DNA of 64,000 nucleotides, taken from Escherichia phage AV108. Below, piece after piece: positions 47,880 through 56,979 of the stretch (positions are counted from its first letter, which is position 1; each line of letters starts with the position of its first letter). A model generated the notes under the pieces. That model had not been told where the DNA came from. It saw only the letters and a list, made by a program, of their open reading frames with translations, and did no database searches. The position numbers and the translations under genes were made by a program. The stretch lies in the sequence record OR352938.1; one strand, 5' to 3'.

Positions 47880-47921
47880 ATTTGATTCTCCTGTAAAGTT
47901 GTATCTCGTCTTGATGAATAT

Positions 47922-47950
47922 AGTATAGGGGATCTCGCGATCCCCGTCAA
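47922..47950 (-). promoter_or_regulatory. sigma70-type promoter with hairpin filling the spacer, two GATC sites
   Basis: TTGACG-(gggatcgcgagatcccc)-TATACT. Confidence 0.5.
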
Positions 47951-47954
47951 GCAT

Positions 47955-48503
47955 TTATTTTAAATTTTTTCGAATGTAGTCAGACCATTCCTTCCCTGTC
48001 AGTTCGGTCCCATTCTGGAAACTGAAATATTCATACGGCATCGAGTCAAGATAAAACAGGATCATACATCGCGCCATATAATACCAATCACGATTAAAGT
48101 AAACTACGTTATCACCAGTACCATCAACCCCTTTATCATAACCATCGCGGGTACGGGCAACCCATTGAATAGTATCATTTTTCTCACGGATAGTAACAGG
48201 TTCCCAATATCCAGCACATCCAGCATGACCACACGAACAAGTAAGGAAATATTGTCCTTTTGCTTTGTTGTCATCCCATTCACGATGGATCGGTTTGATT
48301 TCGTGAAACATTGCCAAACAATCATGATTATGCAACACCGGCTTACCATCAATCAATGCATGGAATGTATACAAACGACCCGTAGACAAATAGCTATCCT
48401 CACGCTCAACCAGTTCAATAGCAATCTTTTTAGCTCGTTCTTTGTGTCGTTGTGCTTTACGCTTACGGTTTAATGATTTCATATTCACCTCACACATTAT
48501 CAA
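47955..48503 (-). CDS. hypothetical protein (cysteine cluster)
   Basis: 182-aa ORF; CSCGHAGCAGYW cluster. Confidence 0.45.
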   Translation of the reverse strand: MIMCEVNMKSLNRKRKAQRHKERAKKIAIELVEREDSYLSTGRLYTFHALIDGKPVLHNHDCLAMFHEIKPIHREWDDNKAKGQYFLTCSCGHAGCAGYWEPVTIREKNDTIQWVARTRDGYDKGVDGTGDNVVYFNRDWYYMARCMILFYLDSMPYEYFSFQNGTELTGKEWSDYIRKNLK

Positions 48504-49039
48504 AGGTCGCGATATAGTACATTATGAAAATGAGAACTTGCATTACCAATATTGTAGATAATAAATTCTTCATCCGGCGCTTGCGCTACAAATTGAGTAT
48601 GAGCAACCGCCACAACCTTAAAAATACGATCCGTGATCTTGTGTTTAATTTCTGCCCCTACTTCCATAGGAACATATTCATTTGTTTCTGTTTCAGTCGC
48701 AAAACAGCCATCTTCTTCATAAGCACGAACAAATCTGTCGCAATCAGTACGCTTAACAAATTCAAGAGTATATAATTCTCGTGAATTGTCGGTATAGACC
48801 AATACAGAATTATTATGATAGCGAATCACATACAGGTTATTATCATCGTCAATTACGCAAAAGCTACGGATTCCTTCGCCTTGACTCCAGCAGATATTAA
48901 CCACCGTTCCTCTAATAAAAAAACTTTCCTTTAAATTAAAACTAGTCAATGTGCTAGCGTGCATTTTAACAACAACACCATCGCCAATTTCCAGTTTACG
49001 AATTTTAACTTCTTTGCTCAGTACACAAAACATCATCAT
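48500..49039 (-). CDS. hypothetical protein
   Basis: 179-aa ORF. Confidence 0.45.
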   Translation of the reverse strand: MMMFCVLSKEVKIRKLEIGDGVVVKMHASTLTSFNLKESFFIRGTVVNICWSQGEGIRSFCVIDDDNNLYVIRYHNNSVLVYTDNSRELYTLEFVKRTDCDRFVRAYEEDGCFATETETNEYVPMEVGAEIKHKITDRIFKVVAVAHTQFVAQAPDEEFIIYNIGNASSHFHNVLYRDL

Positions 49040-49068
49040 GTTGTCCTCTCGTTGTTTTCGATGTGAGC

Positions 49069-49096
49069 ATTATACATTAGCTAATCATGTTGTCAA
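49069..49096 (-). promoter_or_regulatory. sigma70-type early promoter
   Basis: TTGACA-N16-TATAAT immediately downstream of the nrdD terminator. Confidence 0.55.
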
Positions 49097-49102
49097 CACC
49101 CC

Positions 49103-49139
49103 AAAACGAAAAAGCCGACCCTTTCGGATCGGCTAAAAA
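49103..49139 (-). terminator. intrinsic terminator after nrdD
   Basis: agccgacc-cttt-cggatcggct hairpin flanked by A/T runs. Confidence 0.6.
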
Positions 49140-51002
49140 TTACATGTGCTTAACGCGGTTTACCATCTCGGAGTGTTTCCCGTGGTTAAATGGACGCAGA
49201 TCAACAGATCCAAGATATCCACTAACGCGACGGATAACATTCATCTTTTCCAGATTGTCGTTGCCGCAATCAGGACAAACAAAACCAGACTCGGTCGCTC
49301 TCATTTCCTTATTAGACCCGCATACATGACATACATCAGAAGGAGTATTAACACCGAAGTAGTGCAATTTATCCATTGCATAGTCTACTACAGTTTCAAG
49401 ACCTTTCAGGTTGTTTTTCATGTCTGGGAACTCAACATAAGAGATCATGCCACCGGACGCCAGCCAGTGATAATCTTTCTCAAAGTCAATTTTCTCAAAC
49501 GGTGTAACCTTCCGGTCTACGTCAAGGTGGAATGAGTTGGTGTACCAGTCTTTATCGGTAGCACCCTTAACAATACCAAATTGCTCTCTGTCCAGTCGAT
49601 TAAATCGATAGCAAAGGCTCTCGGCTGGCGTACCGTAAAGACTAAACCCAAGTCCGGTTTCGTCCTTCCATTTTTCAGTATAATGACGCAAGATCTTAAG
49701 AATATGTTTACCGTATCGCTGCGCATCTTCCGAATCAAACGGATGAACATCAAACAGGACGCTCAATACCTCATGTAAACCAATATATCCAAGAGAGATA
49801 CTAGCGCGACCATCTTTCAACACTTCCAAAATTTCATCGTTTTGATGAATACGGAAAAATGCACCTTCGGTATATAGTACAGGAGCAACATTGGCTTTAG
49901 CGCCTTTTAAAGCGTCTACGCGACTCATGAGCGCATCAAAACAAATAGGCATACGATTAGCTAGCTCTTGTTCGAATAGCTCAATTCTGCGCATTACAGA
50001 CGCTTTACCAGCACGACGCGCGGCAATAAGAGCAATACGCGGAAGATTCAGAGTCACAACACCCAAGTTATTACGTCCGTCTAATACTTCTTCGCCTTTC
50101 TCATTATGCCATACACCCAGGAAGCTACGACAACCCATCGGGCTAACCGGAACACTAGATCCAGTGATGCTACGGTTATTCTTCGCAGAGATATAATCAG
50201 GGTAAAGACGCTTACTAGAACATTCCAATGCAAGTTGCTTAATGTCGTAGTTCGGATCTTCCGGTTTAAGGTTTAATCCTTCTTCTAAGAACATCACCAG
50301 CTTAGGAAACACCGGAGTTATACCGTCTTTACCTAAACCTTTAGTTCGAACTTTCAGGATCGCTTTCTGAATCAGTTTTTCTTCCCAGCTAGTACCCATA
50401 CCAAAGGTTAAAGTCACAAAAGGCGTTTGACCGTTGGTGGAGAACAAAGTGTTGATTTCATATTCCAACGCTTGATACCCGTCTAGCGTTTCTTTTTCTG
50501 TCTTCTCTTGTGCATAGAGAGTATCAGCTTTGATTCCGTAGGTTTCGGCATCAGCAAGGTGTTTATGATATGTTTTCTCAACGTATGGCGCTAAAACCTG
50601 ATCGATGTTTGCAATTGTGGTCCCGCCATATTGATGACTTGCCACCTGTGCGATAATTTGAGCGGTTACAGCACAAGCAACGCCGATCGATTTCGGACTT
50701 TCGATTTGTGCGCTACCCAATTTAAAACCATTCTCTAACATGTCTTTGAGATTAACAAGACAGCAGTTAGTAAACGGCATAGCGGGTGCATAATCCATAT
50801 CATGATAATGAATATCACCGTCTACATGCGCTTTATAGATGTGCTCAGGTAACACGGTTTTAGCAATCTGTTTAGACACAGCGCCAGCAATCAGATCTCG
50901 ACGTGTCGGGAATGTTCGCGCGTCTTTGTTCGCGTTCTCTTTACTTACTTCGTTTTCTTTACCCGTTGCGATCTCTGTAATGTCTTTGATTAGTTTTTCC
51001 AT
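49140..51002 (-). CDS. nrdD: anaerobic ribonucleoside-triphosphate reductase
   Basis: 620 aa; C-terminal glycyl-radical motif RVSGYLG; zinc-ribbon cysteines CHVCG...CPDCG. Confidence 0.95.
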   Translation of the reverse strand: MEKLIKDITEIATGKENEVSKENANKDARTFPTRRDLIAGAVSKQIAKTVLPEHIYKAHVDGDIHYHDMDYAPAMPFTNCCLVNLKDMLENGFKLGSAQIESPKSIGVACAVTAQIIAQVASHQYGGTTIANIDQVLAPYVEKTYHKHLADAETYGIKADTLYAQEKTEKETLDGYQALEYEINTLFSTNGQTPFVTLTFGMGTSWEEKLIQKAILKVRTKGLGKDGITPVFPKLVMFLEEGLNLKPEDPNYDIKQLALECSSKRLYPDYISAKNNRSITGSSVPVSPMGCRSFLGVWHNEKGEEVLDGRNNLGVVTLNLPRIALIAARRAGKASVMRRIELFEQELANRMPICFDALMSRVDALKGAKANVAPVLYTEGAFFRIHQNDEILEVLKDGRASISLGYIGLHEVLSVLFDVHPFDSEDAQRYGKHILKILRHYTEKWKDETGLGFSLYGTPAESLCYRFNRLDREQFGIVKGATDKDWYTNSFHLDVDRKVTPFEKIDFEKDYHWLASGGMISYVEFPDMKNNLKGLETVVDYAMDKLHYFGVNTPSDVCHVCGSNKEMRATESGFVCPDCGNDNLEKMNVIRRVSGYLGSVDLRPFNHGKHSEMVNRVKHM

Positions 51003-51015
51003 TGTATCACCTATG

Positions 51016-51037
51016 AAAAAGCGGGATTTTCTCCCGC
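51016..51037 (-). terminator. intrinsic terminator
   Basis: gcggga-tttc-tcccgc hairpin followed by TTTTT on the leftward strand. Confidence 0.5.
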
Positions 51038-51048
51038 TCGTTGATAGT

Positions 51049-51543
51049 TTATTTTACCAGTTCTGCTAATTCTTTTTCTTTAGCTTCTAGTTCAGCTTTA
51101 AGCTGTTTAATCTCTTGTCGCTTCTTATTAGCGGCTTCTTGCTTACTATTTCGGATAACCTGATCTAGATACAACTCCCAATCCTGAATATTTTTGATAA
51201 TGTATCCGTCAACATTAATTGGTCGGAGATTCAGTACAGCTTCCAGTTTAGTCGCAAAAACTTTAATTGCTGGTGTGAAGTATTCATATTCGTTATCTTC
51301 AAACCAATAACCTAGACTTGCATTATCAATACGAAGACGAAGTTCAAGATCAAGGTCTTTATCTTCGGTGTAAAGATCTTTCACCTGACCCAGCGAACTA
51401 ACAACAACTTTAAAACGAATTTTATCTACACCACCAAACACATCAGTAAGTATATCAGCAATTGAGCTATTAGCGCAAGATTGGTCGCTGAATGCGTCAA
51501 GGTTTTCTTTAGTTACAGTATACCAAACATCTTGTACCCACAT
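51049..51543 (-). CDS. paralogous-family protein H
   Basis: WYTVTKENLDAF...IRFKVVVSS...WFEDNEYEYF with coiled-coil C-terminus; family member. Confidence 0.45.
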   Translation of the reverse strand: MWVQDVWYTVTKENLDAFSDQSCANSSIADILTDVFGGVDKIRFKVVVSSLGQVKDLYTEDKDLDLELRLRIDNASLGYWFEDNEYEYFTPAIKVFATKLEAVLNLRPINVDGYIIKNIQDWELYLDQVIRNSKQEAANKKRQEIKQLKAELEAKEKELAELVK

Positions 51544-51573
51544 AATATAATCCTCTCGTTGTTAAGTGGGAGT

Positions 51574-51601
51574 ATTATAGCATACTCCCTTCGCATGTCA
51601 A
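51574..51601 (-). promoter_or_regulatory. sigma70-type early promoter with stem-loop (PeSL-like)
   Basis: TTGACA-N16-TATAAT; hairpin gggagta...tactccc over the -10. Confidence 0.55.
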
Positions 51602-52776
51602 GCACTAACTTTTTTCTTTACTGCTTTCACCTTCTGGCGAATTGCTCGAATCTCTTCGATCTCTTTTTCAGTATCTTTAACAATTTCTTTGCGATTCTGA
51701 ATATCTTTATCGAGATTATCATCAAGTTTAGGCAGCATGTCAATCAAGAACTTTTTAAGGTCTTTCAGGTTGCGAATAACAGTACCTTCACCCATTACCG
51801 CCACGCCTACACCATCCGGCAGATCACCAAACAGTTTAACCAGTTCAGACAGATGATCATGATCTTCTAGTGCTTCTTCCGGTTCAGATGGCAGTTCAAC
51901 AAAGTAATAACGTTCATCATTGCTGATCAGGTGATACCAGCAAAGCCCAAAAGATTTAGGAGTATATTCTACACCACCAACTTCAACTGCGTCAACACTT
52001 CCGAAAGAATCTACTTTAGTTACCTTAAATCCATGTTCCAGCGTTTTAATAATTTCAATAACATGACTGGATACGGTTTCAGTATTAAACCAATGAGGCA
52101 AATTATGTGGATTTGGCTTGTATCGTTCGCCTACTTTAAATCTCTGACCACGCTCTTGCATACGGACATATTCAACTCGCGTGATTTCCGCGAAGTATTC
52201 AAATTCGCTACCGTCAAACAAGCAATTCCATTGATCACAAAAACGATCCGCCTTGACGGTTTCACCTTTCGCGGTGATCATGGTAGCTGATCCGTGCAAT
52301 TCTTCTTCAACTAAAAAGCCATATTCGACAAAATCAACAAGTTTCATGGCTTCTTTGTGCTCTGGGTCATGCTCTCCCCAGAATCGCTTAAATTCTTGCA
52401 AACCTTCTGGGGTAAACGAATAACATTTACCTTTTTCAAAGTAAGTCGGCATTGCATCCTCTTTCTTGTTCATCGCTTCGTATGCCTCTTTTGAGATACG
52501 TTTAAAGTATTTGCGCTCATTGTGCATAATCATAGTAGACCAATAATAAACGATATCCTCAGCGGAATAAACTACATCTCCAGCTTCAATAGTAATAACA
52601 TGACCGTGGTCATCTTTTTCTAATACTTTAAAGCCCTTTTCTACGATTTCAGCAACCCGAATATGACCACGGCGCGAAGCATCGGTCAGAATAATTGAAT
52701 AGCGAGAAAAGTCTAGAAACTCATCTTTACCGCCTTCACGGAATGCATAGTAATGACCTTCAAAGAATTTAGCCAT
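51598..52776 (-). CDS. paralogous-family protein E (three tandem domain copies)
   Basis: 392 aa; repeated GFKVLEK..., GFLVEEE..., GFKVTKVDSFGSVDAVEVGG modules; ERKYFKRIS shared with F. Confidence 0.5.
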   Translation of the reverse strand: MAKFFEGHYYAFREGGKDEFLDFSRYSIILTDASRRGHIRVAEIVEKGFKVLEKDDHGHVITIEAGDVVYSAEDIVYYWSTMIMHNERKYFKRISKEAYEAMNKKEDAMPTYFEKGKCYSFTPEGLQEFKRFWGEHDPEHKEAMKLVDFVEYGFLVEEELHGSATMITAKGETVKADRFCDQWNCLFDGSEFEYFAEITRVEYVRMQERGQRFKVGERYKPNPHNLPHWFNTETVSSHVIEIIKTLEHGFKVTKVDSFGSVDAVEVGGVEYTPKSFGLCWYHLISNDERYYFVELPSEPEEALEDHDHLSELVKLFGDLPDGVGVAVMGEGTVIRNLKDLKKFLIDMLPKLDDNLDKDIQNRKEIVKDTEKEIEEIRAIRQKVKAVKKKVSA

Positions 52777-52808
52777 AATATAATCCTCTCGTTGTTTAGA
52801 TGGGAGTA

Positions 52809-52837
52809 TCTTACTACTCCCGTTTCATCATGTCAAG
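52809..52837 (-). promoter_or_regulatory. sigma70-type early promoter with stem-loop (PeSL-like)
   Basis: TTGACA-N17-TAAGAT; hairpin gggagta-tcttac-tactccc identical in type to 9844-9863. Confidence 0.55.
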
Positions 52838-53417
52838 CGTTAAATGACTTTTGGATCTCTTTCAGTTCAGCTACTTTATCGGCGCTGAATTTAGCGTAGG
52901 TATCATGTCGAATAATTTCACTTTCAAGAAAGGTTTCCAGCCGAGATCTATTTTCAATAAGGAACTCTTTCAGGTCTTCCGCGTTCTTGATAAAGATTTT
53001 ATTGTCAGTAATGTCATCTTCAATCGCAAAGGAGATAGAGCGAACTTTACCAAACAAGTTAATCAGATCTTCCAGAGATTCTTCTTTCTTAACTGGTTTC
53101 ATTTCTTCAAACTGCTTTTTAGTGATGCGTTTAAAGTATTTGCGCTCGCTTGCATCAATCATGATTGATGCACCCTCATAATCATGAGTTTCTACCAAAT
53201 ACACTTTACCCATAACATTAACCGTAAGAACTTTAAAGCCCCTGTGAAGCACACCATACAGGAACTTGTTATGTTGTGGGTAGCGTTTAACAAATTCCTC
53301 TGCGGACTTAGCATTACGGAAAGTGTAATAACGACCTCGTTCAAAAACAGCATCATTTGAAGACTTAGCCGGATACAATTTATACGTTTTCTGTACCATA
53401 ATATAATCCTCTATCAT
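52833..53417 (-). CDS. paralogous-family protein F
   Basis: RYYTFRNAKSAEEF...GFKVLTVNVMGKVYLVE...ERKYFKRITK. Confidence 0.5.
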   Translation of the reverse strand: MIEDYIMVQKTYKLYPAKSSNDAVFERGRYYTFRNAKSAEEFVKRYPQHNKFLYGVLHRGFKVLTVNVMGKVYLVETHDYEGASIMIDASERKYFKRITKKQFEEMKPVKKEESLEDLINLFGKVRSISFAIEDDITDNKIFIKNAEDLKEFLIENRSRLETFLESEIIRHDTYAKFSADKVAELKEIQKSFNA

Positions 53418-53425
53418 TTCACTAA

Positions 53426-53686
53426 TTAAACAGCACGGAACAGAATGCGCTCACACGGAAGCAGCATAAATTCCCAACGCGGGTCAAAGTCTTTAGCGGT
53501 GTATGTTTTCCCATCAACCGCTATTTCACTTACATAACCAACAGGTGACACTTTAAGAACAGTAAACCCGTTCTTGATGACTTCGTAGGTATCTTTCACC
53601 CCTTCGTATTCATCATCTAAGAAGTCTTTATGTGCTTGCTCAGATTTAAAAACATAGGCCACACCGGATTTAAACATCTTACGCAT
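53426..53686 (-). CDS. paralogous-family protein G (single short domain)
   Basis: VAYVFKSEQAHKDF...GFTVLKVSPVGYVSEIAVDGKTY closely parallels member A. Confidence 0.45.
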   Translation of the reverse strand: MRKMFKSGVAYVFKSEQAHKDFLDDEYEGVKDTYEVIKNGFTVLKVSPVGYVSEIAVDGKTYTAKDFDPRWEFMLLPCERILFRAV

Positions 53687-53717
53687 TGTTGATTCTCCTT
53701 CTTGATTAGATGGGAAT

Positions 53718-53748
53718 ATTTTACTACTCCCATTTCATGTTTGTCAAC
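53718..53748 (-). promoter_or_regulatory. sigma70-type early promoter with stem-loop
   Basis: TTGACA-N18-TAAAAT; hairpin gggaata...tactccc. Confidence 0.45.
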
Positions 53749-53750
53749 TA

Positions 53751-54239
53751 CTATCTTAATCTTTGTATGAATTGTTTCTTATACTTCTTCGTGATTTCTT
53801 CTCGTGTATCAGCGTCGCAGTAATCGAAACCTTCTGCGTCCATAATATCAACCATCTCCGCGCGTGTCAAGCGTGAAAATCGTTTTACTTTATCAACAGC
53901 ATATTGAGGATGTAAATGATTGTTGGTGTAGTCTCCTTTGATGTAATTAACATAGTTTGTAGCCCAAACAACGAAATCAGCACCTAAAGCACCAACACCA
54001 AACCGTTTAAAGTCTCCGGTCAACGATCCTTCTAGGCGGTTGCAACACGAATGAAGCAATCCCCTTACGCGGCCTTGCCCTTTCCCATCTAGATCATGAT
54101 CATGGTCAAGATGGTTTTTGCTCATATCCTCAAAAAGTGGCAATTGACAAAGGGGGCAAATGCCCCCCTGTTTTTCGAATAGTTCTTGTTTGTACTCTTT
54201 AGCACTCTTAGCAGTCAGTAACATAAATTCACCCTCCAA
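53751..54239 (-). CDS. 49: endonuclease VII (Holliday junction resolvase)
   Basis: Match to T4 gp49 (CPLCQ...NHLDHDHDLDGKGQGRVRGLL..CN..EG). Confidence 0.85.
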   Translation of the reverse strand: MEGEFMLLTAKSAKEYKQELFEKQGGICPLCQLPLFEDMSKNHLDHDHDLDGKGQGRVRGLLHSCCNRLEGSLTGDFKRFGVGALGADFVVWATNYVNYIKGDYTNNHLHPQYAVDKVKRFSRLTRAEMVDIMDAEGFDYCDADTREEITKKYKKQFIQRLR

Positions 54240-54248
54240 AGAAGGTAT

Positions 54249-54542
54249 TTAACCATTAATCTTGTTTTTGACTACAAAGGATCTGAACTCATCAAAACCA
54301 CCTATATAATCACCATTATAGAAAATCTGCGGCATGGTGGCAATAACTTCTACCCCTGCGCGATCCTGAATGTCGGCAATGATAGAATCAATCTTTACCG
54401 GACGACCGTTTTCGTCTACACCATCATTAACCGGAATGTAGATGTAAGGGATCTTACGCGATTCACAAAGGCGCTTTGCATTCTGGCAATACTTACAGTT
54501 GTAACCTTCAAAACCAAAAATTTCTACCATATTATACCTCAA
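54249..54542 (-). CDS. nrdC: thioredoxin/glutaredoxin NrdC
   Basis: CKYCQNAKRL active site and MPQIFYNGDYIGGFDEFR match T4 NrdC. Confidence 0.8.
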   Translation of the reverse strand: MRYNMVEIFGFEGYNCKYCQNAKRLCESRKIPYIYIPVNDGVDENGRPVKIDSIIADIQDRAGVEVIATMPQIFYNGDYIGGFDEFRSFVVKNKING

Positions 54543-55351
54543 TCTACGTTAGTTACATAAACTTCTTGCGTATCAGAAGACTTGCCACCTGAACGATCTA
54601 GGCAATAGGTCTTATTCAACAGGACGCAGTTTAGATCATTCCGCTTGATAAAGTCAAGAAGATGATCATTTACCTTTCCCTTATGATGCGTGACATTACT
54701 GATACCAAACTGAAAACCACGCGCCATAATAGATTCTACCCACTGATAGAATTTAATCTCTTCCTCGTCACTCCAGAACTTATTATATTCCGCAGAAGTG
54801 ATAAGATACGGCGGGTCCAAATAAACGAAATCACCTGGCAAGATCTCGATCTCGTCATATCGTCCAGAAGTAAAAATGATTCGACCGTCTTTGTTTTCTT
54901 CCTTAAAATTCAGGACACGCTCTACCGCGTTTTCGTTAAAAGTCCGGCGACCAAAATTAGCATTAAATTCTCCCTTTCGGTTATGGCGGTTAATGTTGCT
55001 AAAACTGTGCTGAATCAACACAAACAGCGATAGCGGATCTGGATTCTCGTTATACTTCTTACGAAATGTCATGTAAGCGTCTTTATCTTCGCGAGACAAA
55101 TCATTTTCGGCAATAATCCGCTTGATCGTAGAAACCGGATCAGGACACTCGTCAATCGCTTTGTACGCGTCAATTAAGCGGTGATCATAGTCATTAGCCA
55201 GCACATCCCCTTCGACGTACAGAGACACGCTCAAGCCTCCACAAAAGGCATCAACAAAGCGGTTATAGTGCTTAGGGAAATACTTACTAACACCTGGCAA
55301 TAGCTTTTCCTTATTGCCAGTATAGGGAATTAAACCTAATGCTTTCTTCAT
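54539..55351 (-). CDS. dam: DNA adenine methyltransferase (GATC)
   Basis: Match to T4 Dam: NRFVDAFCGGLSVSL (SAM binding), DFVYLDPPYLITSAEYNKFWS (DPPY motif). Confidence 0.9.
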   Translation of the reverse strand: MKKALGLIPYTGNKEKLLPGVSKYFPKHYNRFVDAFCGGLSVSLYVEGDVLANDYDHRLIDAYKAIDECPDPVSTIKRIIAENDLSREDKDAYMTFRKKYNENPDPLSLFVLIQHSFSNINRHNRKGEFNANFGRRTFNENAVERVLNFKEENKDGRIIFTSGRYDEIEILPGDFVYLDPPYLITSAEYNKFWSDEEEIKFYQWVESIMARGFQFGISNVTHHKGKVNDHLLDFIKRNDLNCVLLNKTYCLDRSGGKSSDTQEVYVTNVD

Positions 55352-55782
55352 TATCCCTTCCTCAAATAAGTTCGCTCAATCTCTACCAGTTCGAAAAATT
55401 CCTGCCAATCACACGGAAAATTGCAGTTTCCGAAATGATCCTCTTTGTAAAGTTCTTTACCGGATGGCAGCTTAATATCTGTTACGCTGTAGTATCCGCA
55501 ACAATCGCAATCACCCTCTGTATATTCTGTTTTAGTCGGAATATCCAACATTGCCAGATACAAAGGTACATCGTCTTGCTCAAAGTTCATGTAACCTTCA
55601 TGGTCAAACGAGACAAAGTTATCATCGCCACCGAAAGGGATATAATGGTCATAATCTGTTACAGGTTGACCGTGTAATTCCCATTCTACAATTTTAACAT
55701 TACCGCTAAACTTGATACCCATAATTTCAACAAGAAAATGAGTATCGTCAATGTAAATCTTACTAGGGGTTGGATAAACCAT
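55351..55782 (-). CDS. hypothetical protein
   Basis: 143-aa ORF; cysteine pair DCDCCG. Confidence 0.4.
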   Translation of the reverse strand: MVYPTPSKIYIDDTHFLVEIMGIKFSGNVKIVEWELHGQPVTDYDHYIPFGGDDNFVSFDHEGYMNFEQDDVPLYLAMLDIPTKTEYTEGDCDCCGYYSVTDIKLPSGKELYKEDHFGNCNFPCDWQEFFELVEIERTYLRKG

Positions 55783-55792
55783 TATATAATCC

Positions 55793-56089
55793 TCATATCT
55801 CAGAGAATAGAATCTCTGTTAGCTTAACTGACTGCTCTCTGAATGTTAGCGTATACTCGAAAGGAAAGTCAACACCCAACTTCAAAAGAGAATAGCCTAC
55901 AGCCTCTTTATGCTTATCGGTTAGAGCAATCCTAACCAATTCCCGTTGAATCTCTTTAGGCGGTGAATGGATAGTAACACGGGTATCATGCAATGTCCAG
56001 TCACCATTTCGAATTAAGATTAACGGTTTATCATCATTGAAGATCACCGACCCCTTTCCGGTAGGTGAGTGTTTTAGACTAATCATCAA
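55793..56089 (-). CDS. hypothetical protein
   Basis: 98-aa ORF. Confidence 0.4.
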   Translation of the reverse strand: MMISLKHSPTGKGSVIFNDDKPLILIRNGDWTLHDTRVTIHSPPKEIQRELVRIALTDKHKEAVGYSLLKLGVDFPFEYTLTFREQSVKLTEILFSEI

Positions 56090-56321
56090 ATTCTAAGAAA
56101 TATTCTGGAACGATATACCCGTTAAAGTCATTACACTTATAAAAATGTGGTGCATTCAATGCTGGATGAGCATTAGTAAAGAGTTTACCCTCTAGAAACA
56201 GAATGTAATTAATAGGTCTAATACCGACAGAATCAGGGTCTAAACCTTTTTCTTTCAGTTCAGCCAGCGTTAAAACTCGTCCAGATCGTAACTTAGCCAT
56301 GATTTGCCCCCAATTCATCAA
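56079..56321 (-). CDS. hypothetical protein
   Basis: 80-aa ORF. Confidence 0.35.
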   Translation of the reverse strand: MMNWGQIMAKLRSGRVLTLAELKEKGLDPDSVGIRPINYILFLEGKLFTNAHPALNAPHFYKCNDFNGYIVPEYFLEFDD

Positions 56322-56586
56322 GATTGTGTCGCAGCATTTCAGAGTATTTTTCTACTTCCTTAATCTTAGTGTGGATATCCACGATCTCATCCACACTATC
56401 AGAAATTTTAATGGCATTCGCGAGCGTGCTTTTACCCGCTTTCACAGTCTCTTTCATTTCAACCAACATGTCCGCGTGTTTCAATAGTAATTCTTCACGT
56501 CGAACATAAGCGGCGGTCAAAGCCTCATCAGCGATTTCTAAAGCATTTTCAGCGACACCAACAACCATTTTACGAGTAGACAGCAT
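56293..56586 (-). CDS. hypothetical protein
   Basis: 97-aa helical ORF. Confidence 0.4.
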   Translation of the reverse strand: MLSTRKMVVGVAENALEIADEALTAAYVRREELLLKHADMLVEMKETVKAGKSTLANAIKISDSVDEIVDIHTKIKEVEKYSEMLRHNLDELGANHG

Positions 56587-56600
56587 AAATTCACCTCACA

Positions 56601-56909
56601 TTATTTCACGTTAACGCCGTCATCAATCCAGCCGACGCTATTGGGTTTAACAGTTTTACCATAGGATGCATACTTAATCAAGCATGGTTTAACATCATTA
56701 TCAAATCTTCCTAAACGTACTCCCAAATCAGGAATATCCATGTATGCGGCTTTATATCCCCATGTACCGTATTCAGAATCAATCTCAACCGGACGGCCTT
56801 TAAAAGCATACACTACACCGTGACGGTCAACGATAACATAGCAATAACCAGCCGGAAGATACACAGTTTCGCCGTAAACTTTAACTGGAGTAGCAGAAGA
56901 GATAAACAT
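56601..56909 (-). CDS. hypothetical protein
   Basis: About 102 aa from MFISSATPVKVYG with GAGGAT RBS; track ORF begins inside the promoter. Confidence 0.4.
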   Translation of the reverse strand: MFISSATPVKVYGETVYLPAGYCYVIVDRHGVVYAFKGRPVEIDSEYGTWGYKAAYMDIPDLGVRLGRFDNDVKPCLIKYASYGKTVKPNSVGWIDDGVNVK

Positions 56910-56935
56910 AATATAATCCTCACATCGTTCATTTG

Positions 56936-56972
56936 ATGCGGTCATTATATGATAACCGCATTTTCATGTCAA
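56936..56972 (-). promoter_or_regulatory. sigma70-type early promoter with stem-loop
   Basis: TTGACA-N17-TATAAT; inverted repeat tgcggt...accgca around the -10. Confidence 0.5.
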
Positions 56973-56979
56973 CAGTTTT

